From: Phycisphaerales bacterium
Lineage (GTDB): Bacteria > Planctomycetota > Phycisphaerae > WQYP01
Assembly (NCBI GenBank): GCA_013044165.1
Contig: JABEVB010000177.1
Coordinates: 821-64,820, forward strand
Direction: 5' to 3'
Length of the DNA stretch: 64,000 nucleotides
Numbering within the stretch: the first letter of the stretch is position 1; every line of letters begins with the position of its first letter. The notes under the pieces are model-generated. The model was not told the DNA's origin and did no database searches. It saw only the letters and a list, made by a program, of their open reading frames with translations. Shown piece by piece: positions 30,883 through 39,172 of this stretch. The position numbers were made by a program, and so were the translations under genes.

Positions 30883-31167
30883 ATGAACAAGCTCTTGAAA
30901 GCCCGTGCGTTGTGGCAAGTTGCGGTGCCAGTGAAAGCCTTGGCGGCCCGAAGCCAGCGATGGTATTTCGCCGCCATCAGCGTAGCGTCAAGCCTCTTGT
31001 TGGCAGGCGTGTGCCAGGCGCAGATCAAAAAATTAGCTCCCGAGTATCCCAAGGTAGGCAAGCTAAACGGGCATATGCCCCCTTACTTGGTGGGGGGATT
31101 GCTGTTTTTTGTGATTGTGCTGGTGGCGTTCCGCAGCGCGCGTCGCAGCAAGCAGTCCGAAAGCTGA
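30883..31167 (+). CDS. Small hypothetical protein with signal peptide and C-terminal TM helix
   Basis: ORF only. N-terminal hydrophobic/signal-like region and a C-terminal hydrophobic stretch (LVGGLLFFVIVLVAF). Start trimmed to MNKLL. Confidence 0.35.
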   Translation: MNKLLKARALWQVAVPVKALAARSQRWYFAAISVASSLLLAGVCQAQIKKLAPEYPKVGKLNGHMPPYLVGGLLFFVIVLVAFRSARRSKQSES

Positions 31168-31258
31168 AAAGTGGCCATGGTCGCAGGCCGCGGTTACAAT
31201 CTGACAAACGGTGATCTGGCTGAAGCCAGCTTTGTCCTTTTTTAAGGAGGCAAAACCG

Positions 31259-31549
31259 ATGAAATGGAAACGATGGGCTATTGTAGCAATGGTGGCGGTC
31301 AATCTATCGCTGTTGGGCATGTTGGCTGCGCGCATGCGGACGCCGGCAGTAAAGGCACAGGTAGGCGGTGGCGGACACTTTCTCTTTGCCGCCGGCAATA
31401 CCGGACAGTATGCCGTGTTGTGGGTTTTGGACGCCGATAAAGGCATGCTGTCAGGCGTTTTGACATCGGAGAGTGATCCGAAGTTTCAAGCGTTTACGCA
31501 GGCCACCAGCATAGCGCAGGCCATTCGTCGCATTCGAGCTAGGCAGTAA
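31259..31549 (+). CDS. Small secreted/membrane-anchored hypothetical protein, paralog A
   Basis: GGAGG RBS before MKWKRW. N-terminal TM/signal, then a beta-rich core (YAVLWVLDADKGMLSG). Confidence 0.45.
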   Translation: MKWKRWAIVAMVAVNLSLLGMLAARMRTPAVKAQVGGGGHFLFAAGNTGQYAVLWVLDADKGMLSGVLTSESDPKFQAFTQATSIAQAIRRIRARQ

Positions 31550-31623
31550 TTTTATAGCGGCTGCCTGTGCCGTCTTGCAGCGAGTGATGATACTGTAGCT
31601 CATTGATCAGAAGGAAATACACC

Positions 31624-31914
31624 ATGAAACGTGACTCTTTAATCTTAGCGGTTTTGACAACCTCCGCCCTTGTGCTGGCGGTCGCATGGTTTGCATGGCG
31701 GGGTGGCAGCACCCCAGCCAGAGCAGACATGTTAAGTACCAATGGAGACTATACGCTTATTACCGAAAGCCCCAGCCGATCTATCGCGGACCAACTTACG
31801 GTCATTGATAATCGTCATGGACTTGTGCTATTTTATCGGCTGATGAACAATCAGATCGTACTGGAGAACTACGTTAACCTTCTTGGCCGCTTTAACCCGC
31901 AACCTTTGCGCTAG
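31624..31914 (+). CDS. Small secreted/membrane-anchored hypothetical protein, paralog B
   Basis: AGGAAA RBS before MKRDSL. Same size and architecture as the preceding ORF (N-terminal TM, then LTVIDNRHGLVLFY). Confidence 0.45.
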   Translation: MKRDSLILAVLTTSALVLAVAWFAWRGGSTPARADMLSTNGDYTLITESPSRSIADQLTVIDNRHGLVLFYRLMNNQIVLENYVNLLGRFNPQPLR

Positions 31915-31981
31915 AGCTATGAGGCTGCGTAAAGAATAATGCGGTCGCGATGGCCGACGGTCAGCCACTTGGGAGTGTAAA

Positions 31982-33097
31982 TTGCTACAGCAGGTTCAAT
32001 CTATCGCCGAGCGCGTCCTTGGAGGCGAACTTATCGGCCGACAAGACGCGCATAAGCTCATTGAAGTGACAGGTGATGACCTGCCGGACTTGTTCTATTG
32101 GGCAAACAAAATACGCATTGAGTTCAAAGGTCGCAAGATCCGGTTTTGTGCGATAGTAGCGGCGAAAGTTGGTGGATGTTCTGAAGATTGCAAGTTCTGC
32201 GCGCAGTCGTCGCATTACCAGACAGCGGTAGAAGGCCAGAGCAAACTGACTGATCAACAGATACTCGATTCAGCCGAGCATGCCGGGATGGTGGGTGCGG
32301 ACAGTTTTGGCATTGTTAATTCAGGTCGCGGTCCGACACGCCAAGAGCTTGAAATGTGGATTGGCCCGCTACTGCAAAAAATAGCGAAACAGGGCAAAAC
32401 ACGAGCCTGCGCCACTTTGGGGGCGCTTACGCCCGAGACGGCCAGTTTTCTATACCAAAGCGGCGTGCGGCGCGTGAACCATAATCTTGAGACGAGTGAA
32501 CGTTTTTACCCGGAAATTGTTTCAACCCACCCTTATAGCGAGCGACTAAACACGCTTAAAACAGCCAAGCAAGCGGGCTTGTCTCTGTGCTCGGGCGGGA
32601 TATTTGGCATGGGTGAAAGTTGGCACGATCGGCTGGATATGGTATTTACGCTCCGCGAGTTAGGCGTAGACGTAATGCCAATTAACTTTCTCAATGCTAT
32701 TGCCGGAACACCGTTGGCGGGTCAGGACAAACTCGCTCCGATGGAGTGCCTGAAGATAATCAGTTTGTGCCGGTTTATATTTCCCGGAGTAGAACTCAAA
32801 GTTGCGGGGGGGCGTGAGGTTTGCCTGCGCGACTTGCAGAGCTGGATTTTCTTTGCCGGAGCCGACAGCACCATGATTGGCAATTATCTGACGACTTACG
32901 GACGCACGCCAGAGATGGACCATCAGATGGTACGAGATCTCGGGCTGTCTTGGGATGTTTACGGGGACGGGCCGGTAGCGCCGAGCAGCGAACATCCGAG
33001 AATTTCGCGTGTAAGCCATACCGGTAAATTCAACATTCCTATTGTTTATGAGAGTGAAGTTGCGGTGGATGAATCCGCCCTGCCAACTCACGCATAA
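31982..33097 (+). CDS. bioB: Biotin synthase (radical SAM), with C-terminal extension
   Basis: CSEDCKFCAQS CxxxCxxC radical-SAM motif at the expected position and BioB-like flanks. Likely TTG start. About 370 aa, so roughly 40 aa longer than typical BioB. Confidence 0.8.
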   Translation: MLQQVQSIAERVLGGELIGRQDAHKLIEVTGDDLPDLFYWANKIRIEFKGRKIRFCAIVAAKVGGCSEDCKFCAQSSHYQTAVEGQSKLTDQQILDSAEHAGMVGADSFGIVNSGRGPTRQELEMWIGPLLQKIAKQGKTRACATLGALTPETASFLYQSGVRRVNHNLETSERFYPEIVSTHPYSERLNTLKTAKQAGLSLCSGGIFGMGESWHDRLDMVFTLRELGVDVMPINFLNAIAGTPLAGQDKLAPMECLKIISLCRFIFPGVELKVAGGREVCLRDLQSWIFFAGADSTMIGNYLTTYGRTPEMDHQMVRDLGLSWDVYGDGPVAPSSEHPRISRVSHTGKFNIPIVYESEVAVDESALPTHA

Positions 33098-33106
33098 TTA
33101 ATAATC

Positions 33107-34345
33107 TTGGGTAGTCGGAGGGCTCATTTGCCCGTCGGGAGCATTTGCAGTTCGGTTGAGGCCGAAACCAGCACAATCTACATTGAGGGATCGGGGCTGG
33201 TTACGCCCATGGGCACATCACCCGCAGAGGTACTCGGTGCCATCATCGCAGGCCGCCGCCTGGCCAATAGCGGCGTGGTGCAAGGCTTGCCTGATTTACT
33301 GCAAGCCATTTTGTCATCGGTGCATGAAAGCCACTTGGTAAAGACTACCTCGTGGGATATGACGCGGCCGGATCGGTCAATTGCCCTTGCCTTGGGGGCT
33401 GCGGTTGAGGCCGTGAGGGATGCCGGCTGGACTGCGGCGGACTTAGCTGCGCCAGACACGCATCTATTTGCGGCCACCAGCAAAGGCCCTGTGCTGACTC
33501 AGCTCGCGGCTTTGCGGCAATTAAGCGGGCATGATTTTTCATTATTTGATCGCGCGACGGCTTGGCAGATTGCCCTGGGACCGGACGCGATGGCCTGCTG
33601 GGTCGGCGACTATATTGGTATTGGCGGGCCGCGGCATACGACGGTTGGTGCCTGTGCCGGTTCGCTGCTAGCTGTGCATCGCGCAGCCACTGAGCTAAAG
33701 CGTGGCACGTGCAAAAGAGCGATTGTAGTTGCCGCCGACGCATCGCGTCATCCGCTGTTTGAAGGCAGCTTTGCCAACTTGGGTGTGCTGGCGCCGACGG
33801 ATGAACAGGGTCGCCAATTCTGTACCGCCATGGACGAAAAGCCCGGCGGATTCTTTATCAGTGAAGCCGCAGGCGCAATATGCATGACCACGCAGCGCTT
33901 TGCAAACAGTCCGAGCGCAAACGGGCACGGGGAGGCAAGCCGCGTTGTCCTGCAGCAGAGTTGGAGCGGCGGCGATGCAACGCATCTTATTGCGACCGAT
34001 CCTGAAGCAAAAGCACTGCGAAGAGGTCTGAGCCACTGTAAGGGCAGCGGTTCTACGGCATTCGTGCATGCTCACGCCACAGGTACCGCCCACGACCAAT
34101 ACGAGCTTGCGGCCATTCGTGATGCCTATGGGCCAGCCGTGGAGGTATTTTCTCACAAGCGCTGGCTTGGTCATTCATTAGGCGCCGCCGGCCTGGTGGC
34201 GTTGGTGCTGTCCACGCAATGCCATCGCCAGTGCATGAGCCTGGGGGACAAAACGATAGCAAGTGATGCTGAAAGTGTCACGATTGGGCAGGGTTTTGGG
34301 GGCCATATCGGAATTTGCCGTCTGGCTTCCATGAGAAGTCCGTAG
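33107..34345 (+). CDS. Beta-ketoacyl-ACP synthase I/II-like condensing enzyme (thiolase fold)
   Basis: Active-site Cys in TVGACAGS, His in HAHATGT, His in LGHSLGAAG. N-terminal YIEGSGLVTPMG is KAS-like. Start uncertain. Confidence 0.7.
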   Translation: MGSRRAHLPVGSICSSVEAETSTIYIEGSGLVTPMGTSPAEVLGAIIAGRRLANSGVVQGLPDLLQAILSSVHESHLVKTTSWDMTRPDRSIALALGAAVEAVRDAGWTAADLAAPDTHLFAATSKGPVLTQLAALRQLSGHDFSLFDRATAWQIALGPDAMACWVGDYIGIGGPRHTTVGACAGSLLAVHRAATELKRGTCKRAIVVAADASRHPLFEGSFANLGVLAPTDEQGRQFCTAMDEKPGGFFISEAAGAICMTTQRFANSPSANGHGEASRVVLQQSWSGGDATHLIATDPEAKALRRGLSHCKGSGSTAFVHAHATGTAHDQYELAAIRDAYGPAVEVFSHKRWLGHSLGAAGLVALVLSTQCHRQCMSLGDKTIASDAESVTIGQGFGGHIGICRLASMRSP

Positions 34346-34505
34346 CGATATTATTGGCTACGGCGTGGGGATGCTGGAAGCGATTCAGTCCCCGTGAATA
34401 AATGGGCGCAAGTTTATTAAGTTTCACACTTTCGGCTACTATATGCCGGGGGCTTTGATTGGCACCCCGTGCAGGCGACCGCAGGTGCAATACAGGGGTA
34501 ACTTC

Positions 34506-36176
34506 ATGCGAATTGCAATGGCGCAACTCAATCCGATCGTGGGTGATATTGCGGGTAATACGCAAAACATTCTCCATGCCATTGCAAGGGCCAAGGATCA
34601 GGGGGCTGGGCTGGTCATCTTTTCTGAACTAGCGGTTATTGGGTATCCACCAAGAGACTTGCTGCTAAAGCCGGTGGTACTGGAGCAGATGGCGGCGGCA
34701 GTAGATCATATTTCCCGGCAATGTGTGGGCATTACGGCGCTGGTTGGCTTTGTGGAGCAGAACACGGCGGCTGTGGGCAGAACACTTCGCAACGCAGCGG
34801 CATTTTTACGGGATGGAGCCATTGTTGCCAAAGGATATAAAAGTCTTTTGCCAACCTACGATGTTTTTGATGAGACTCGCTACTTCGAGCCGGCACCACA
34901 ATTGCAGATCGTTCCGTTCGAAAATCATAAGATCGGCATTTCCATCTGCGAGGATTTGTGGAACGACGAACAGGTTGTGGCGCGGCAGCTGTATCCGGTT
35001 AATCCGGTGGCGCGAATGGCCGAGGCTGGCGCCGACATGCTGGTGAACCTGAGTGCATCGCCTTATGTGATGGGAAAAAACACCTTTCGTCGCAAGCTCA
35101 TCGCTCATCAGGCCCAGCGTTGGAAGCTTCCGGTGGTATATGTCAATCAGGTTGGCGCAAATGATGAGCTTATTTTTGACGGAAACTCAATGGCGGTGGA
35201 TGCCAACGGGCGAATGTTGGCACAGGCGAAGGATTTTCAAGAGGATATCGTAACCTTTGACCTTCCCGCACGGGACACCAGCCAGGAGTTGCTTGAACCC
35301 CGTCAAGGCATGGAGTCGCTGCATGCGGCGCTGGTGATGGGTCTTCGGGACTATGCCGAAAAGTGCGGTTTTGCCAAGGTCGTTCTCGGGCTTTCAGGCG
35401 GTATTGACTCCGCGGTGGTGGCGGCTATCGCTGTTGAAGCATTAGGTCGAGAGAGCGTTTTGGGAGTGGCACTGCCTTCGCGGTACAGCAGTGAACAAAG
35501 CCTTATAGATGCGCGGCAGCTCGCCGCAGCGCTGGCGATAAAGCTGGATGTAATACCTATTGAGGAGGTTCATCATGCCATGGAGCACACGCTGGAGGGA
35601 CTGTTCAAGGGAACGCAACCCGGGCTTGCGGAAGAAAACATTCAGGCGCGGCTGCGCGGAAATATTCTCATGGCGCTGTCCAATAAATTCGGGTACCTTC
35701 TACTTACCACCGGCAATAAGAGCGAAATAGCCACTGGTTATTGTACGCTCTATGGAGATATGTGCGGTGGTCTTGCGGTGATCAGTGACGTGCCCAAAAC
35801 GATGGTCTATCCCCTGGCGCATGAAATCAACCGACAATGGGTGAAAGCAGGGCGGCAGGCCCCAATTCCAGAAAGCTCGCTAAAAAAAGCTCCTAGCGCG
35901 GATCTTCGCCCCAATCAAACGGACCAGGATTCCCTGCCACCGTATTCAGTTCTTGATGCGATCCTTGAGCGCTATGTGGAGCTTGAGCAGTCAGCCCAAA
36001 ATATTGTTGCTGCGGGTTTTGATGAATTGACGGTGCGGCGGGTCATTCAAATGGTAGACTCCAACGAGTATAAGCGCAAGCAAATGCCCCCGGGGTTAAA
36101 GGTAACGTCGCGCGCTTTTGGTTTTGGTCGCCGTATGCCGATAGCCCAACGTTATCGCCCACTGGTGATCGGCTAA
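34506..36176 (+). CDS. nadE: Glutamine-dependent NAD+ synthetase (N-terminal nitrilase/CN-hydrolase domain plus C-terminal NAD synthase domain)
   Basis: N-terminal MRIAMAQLNPIVGD CN-hydrolase start. C-terminal PP-loop VVLGLSGGIDSAVVAA. Start trimmed to MRIAMAQ with an AGGGGT RBS. Confidence 0.9.
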   Translation: MRIAMAQLNPIVGDIAGNTQNILHAIARAKDQGAGLVIFSELAVIGYPPRDLLLKPVVLEQMAAAVDHISRQCVGITALVGFVEQNTAAVGRTLRNAAAFLRDGAIVAKGYKSLLPTYDVFDETRYFEPAPQLQIVPFENHKIGISICEDLWNDEQVVARQLYPVNPVARMAEAGADMLVNLSASPYVMGKNTFRRKLIAHQAQRWKLPVVYVNQVGANDELIFDGNSMAVDANGRMLAQAKDFQEDIVTFDLPARDTSQELLEPRQGMESLHAALVMGLRDYAEKCGFAKVVLGLSGGIDSAVVAAIAVEALGRESVLGVALPSRYSSEQSLIDARQLAAALAIKLDVIPIEEVHHAMEHTLEGLFKGTQPGLAEENIQARLRGNILMALSNKFGYLLLTTGNKSEIATGYCTLYGDMCGGLAVISDVPKTMVYPLAHEINRQWVKAGRQAPIPESSLKKAPSADLRPNQTDQDSLPPYSVLDAILERYVELEQSAQNIVAAGFDELTVRRVIQMVDSNEYKRKQMPPGLKVTSRAFGFGRRMPIAQRYRPLVIG

Positions 36177-36364
36177 AGCTCTGGCAGAATAGGGCTTCTC
36201 GAACTACGGTCAGGGAACTGGGACCGAGATGGCGGCATAGATTTAAATAGTTCAGTGGCGGATGAATTTGGCTCAACGCGCATGAACGAGTATCCTTTCA
36301 TCACCTGCGAGGCAGGTCGCCACGCATCGGGTGCTTGCCACGGGGTGCTTTTTTTGAGGAATTT

Positions 36365-37498
36365 ATGGCTGCAGCAACACGATTGGAATTATGCAAATCC
36401 ACGGCGCAACGGCTCGCCCAAGCTGAGCCGGCGGCCGTTAACGCCGTCATCGGTTTCGACGGCTTTGTGGATGAAATTATCGAGGTGGTGGCCAAGAGGC
36501 ATACCGCCATGTCATATGATCGCCTCCGAACGATTGGAGAGTTTGGTGCCCGGATTATGGCTGCGTCAGGCCAAAGTTCTAACTACGAACTTGTGGTGGC
36601 CCAGCAGAAGCTTGGAGGCAATGGCCCCATCATGGCCAATGCTCTGGCGGCGATCGGCCTGAGCGTTACCTATATCGGCAACCTGGGATATCCGGAGGTA
36701 CATCCGGTGTTTGGCGAGTTGGCAGGACGCTCGCGGGTTATAAGCATCGGCGAAGCGTGCCATACCGACGCACTGGAATTTGACGATGGCAAGCTGATGC
36801 TGGGTAAGCTAACGCCAACCACCGAAATCACCTGGGATAATGTGGTGACGCGGGTGGGTCGTGATCGTCTGACTGATATTGTCTCGTCGGCCCAGCTCAT
36901 TGGCACCGTTAATTGGACGATGCTTCCTTTTATGAACGAAATATGGTCGCGCATGCTTAACGAGATTATTCTGCAAACGCCGGCCAGGTCGCGATTACTG
37001 TTTGTTGATCTGGCAGATCCCGAGAAACGCACGCGGGAGGACCTTAAATCCGCTCTGGTGATGCTCCAGCAGATGCAGGAACACTTGGGCGTGGTGCTAG
37101 GCCTTAATCTTAAGGAGGCAGTTCAGGTGGCGGGCGCGCTGGGGCTGCCGGTCAGCGGTGAAAAGGACCATGATATTGAAAACCTTGCTGTGGGCATACA
37201 GAAGCATCTTAAATTGCGAACCGTGGTGATCCATCCGCGGTTTGGAGCCGCCGCCGCATCAGCGGATGATTGTGCGTGGTTTGCCGGTCCTTTTGTGAAG
37301 CAGCCCATGATCAGCACAGGCGCAGGCGATCACTTCAACGCCGGCTTTATCGCCGGTCAGGTGCTGGGGCTGTCACAGGCTGAATCGCTTTGCATGGGCA
37401 CGGCAACCAGTGGATTCTACGTCCGCACGGGCATTAGTCCCAGCGCGGCGCAACTTCAGGAATTCATCACAGAGTTGCCGCCACCGCAAGCCGGATAG
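36365..37498 (+). CDS. Carbohydrate kinase, ribokinase/PfkB superfamily
   Basis: N-terminal GGNGPIMANALAAIG motif and C-terminal ISTGAGDHFNAGF (GAGD anion-hole motif). Start trimmed to MAAATR with a GAGGA RBS. Confidence 0.65.
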   Translation: MAAATRLELCKSTAQRLAQAEPAAVNAVIGFDGFVDEIIEVVAKRHTAMSYDRLRTIGEFGARIMAASGQSSNYELVVAQQKLGGNGPIMANALAAIGLSVTYIGNLGYPEVHPVFGELAGRSRVISIGEACHTDALEFDDGKLMLGKLTPTTEITWDNVVTRVGRDRLTDIVSSAQLIGTVNWTMLPFMNEIWSRMLNEIILQTPARSRLLFVDLADPEKRTREDLKSALVMLQQMQEHLGVVLGLNLKEAVQVAGALGLPVSGEKDHDIENLAVGIQKHLKLRTVVIHPRFGAAAASADDCAWFAGPFVKQPMISTGAGDHFNAGFIAGQVLGLSQAESLCMGTATSGFYVRTGISPSAAQLQEFITELPPPQAG

Positions 37499-37519
37499 TC
37501 GCTGTTGCTAAATACGTCA

Positions 37520-39130
37520 TCAGCCGGCCCCGGCAAACGCCCGCAGAAGCTGCTCAATAGCCGGGCGCATGGGTGTCAGCACCACGATGGTGGGCGCTAT
37601 GCCCAAAGCAATAATACCCATCACAGGCAAAAGCATAACACATCGCTCTTGAAAACTAAGCCTGATAAAATGATTGAATTCGGGCCGGGCTGGCCCCATG
37701 AATATGCGCTCCATGGCCCATAGTATGTAGCCTGCGGTCACCATCGCCATCGCCAGCGCGATGACGAGCACCAGCAGGCCTGTGTGCTGCCAGGGAGCAA
37801 TGCCTGGCGAACCAGCTGCACCACTACTGACGGCTGTAAACCCGCCAAATAAAATGAGCACTTGGCCGAAAAATAAACTAAGGCCGGGCGCACCCATGGC
37901 CGCAAAAAATCCGATGATTGAAAAGCGGAAAAGGTCGGGTAGTTGTGCCGCTAAACCTCCAAGGCGCGATAAATCTGTATGATGCGCCCGTTGCTCAATA
38001 GTATGGGCCACCCATAGCAGAAGCGGTGTCGCGATGGCCAAGCCAAAAAGCTGTAGTATCGCACCTTGGATGCTCAGGGCGTTCATCAAAGCAATTCCCA
38101 GCAGTACATAACTGGCTTGCGATAGGAGCCAATAAGCGATTAATCGCTTGATATCGGTCTGGGCTAAGGCACATAGTCCACCATACACAACTCCGATTAC
38201 GGCAAATTCACAGATGAGCGGCCTATAGATAAGTGCTTGGTCTGAAAACAATGGATAGACCACTCGCAGCAGGCCGTATCCACCGGCCACCAGTGAGCCA
38301 GCCATTATCAACATTGCAATTGGAGCGGGCGACTCAACACTGATTTCGGGAAGCCAGAGGTGCAGTATGATACCGGGCAGTCGTATGGCGAAGCCTGTTA
38401 GAAGCAGCCAGAATACAATCGCGCCGATATGCGAGCCTGCGGCAGCGTTTAGTATCCGAAGGAGTTGAGGGTGTGTTGTGAGCGTAACGATGTCCATGGT
38501 CCCTTGGGGCAGACCGGGCAGACCTCGCGTGTTGTGGGAAATTACCAAGGTTCCGCATAGCAGTGCCAAGGTCCCTGCGAAGCCAAAGAGGTTGAATTTG
38601 AGGCCGGCCGTGTGCCGCCGCGCTCCGCCGAGTAAACTAACGACGGTGTAACCGCTGAGCGTGAAAATTTGCAAAAAAACGGCAAGCAATAACAAATCGA
38701 GCGAGACGAGCGCACCAATAAGTGCGCCAGCCGTTAGAATCAGCAAAATATAGTAGGTTTTGCTTTCCTGGCTCAAACCAAAGCTGGCAAGGCCGGAGAT
38801 GAAAGCTAAAAGCGTGACGAGCAATACCGCCGGCATGGATAAATTATCCACCCCGACAAAGTAATGCATATTCAGCGCCGGAATCCATAGAAATTTCTGT
38901 TGAAGTTGAAAAACGCCATGCGATACCGGCATATCCCATCGAAATAAACATGCCCCGGCGACGGCGACGGCCAGCATTCCAACCAGAACCGTTAATGCGC
39001 TCCACCGAATGAGCCGCAGTTTGGCGCTCGGAACCAGAAGCAGCATGAGGCTGCCAATAACCGGCAACAGGATCAAGCAGGTCAGAATGGAACTTGAACC
39101 GTAAAAGTGAACCAATGTCATTTGCCTCAA
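37520..39130 (-). CDS. Divergent proton-pumping antiporter-like membrane protein (NuoN/NuoM/MrpD-like, PF00361-like)
   Basis: 14+ TM helices. LWLPEISVESPAPIAMLIMAGSLVAGGYGLLR aligns to the PF00361 core W-L-P-D-A-x-E-G-P-T-P-V-S-A-L-I-H, but the conserved His is replaced. Confidence 0.6.
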   Translation of the reverse strand: MRQMTLVHFYGSSSILTCLILLPVIGSLMLLLVPSAKLRLIRWSALTVLVGMLAVAVAGACLFRWDMPVSHGVFQLQQKFLWIPALNMHYFVGVDNLSMPAVLLVTLLAFISGLASFGLSQESKTYYILLILTAGALIGALVSLDLLLLAVFLQIFTLSGYTVVSLLGGARRHTAGLKFNLFGFAGTLALLCGTLVISHNTRGLPGLPQGTMDIVTLTTHPQLLRILNAAAGSHIGAIVFWLLLTGFAIRLPGIILHLWLPEISVESPAPIAMLIMAGSLVAGGYGLLRVVYPLFSDQALIYRPLICEFAVIGVVYGGLCALAQTDIKRLIAYWLLSQASYVLLGIALMNALSIQGAILQLFGLAIATPLLLWVAHTIEQRAHHTDLSRLGGLAAQLPDLFRFSIIGFFAAMGAPGLSLFFGQVLILFGGFTAVSSGAAGSPGIAPWQHTGLLVLVIALAMAMVTAGYILWAMERIFMGPARPEFNHFIRLSFQERCVMLLPVMGIIALGIAPTIVVLTPMRPAIEQLLRAFAGAG

Positions 39131-39172
39131 AACCTGCGGGCCGCATGGCAGTCCAACTACCGTCAGCTCCGC

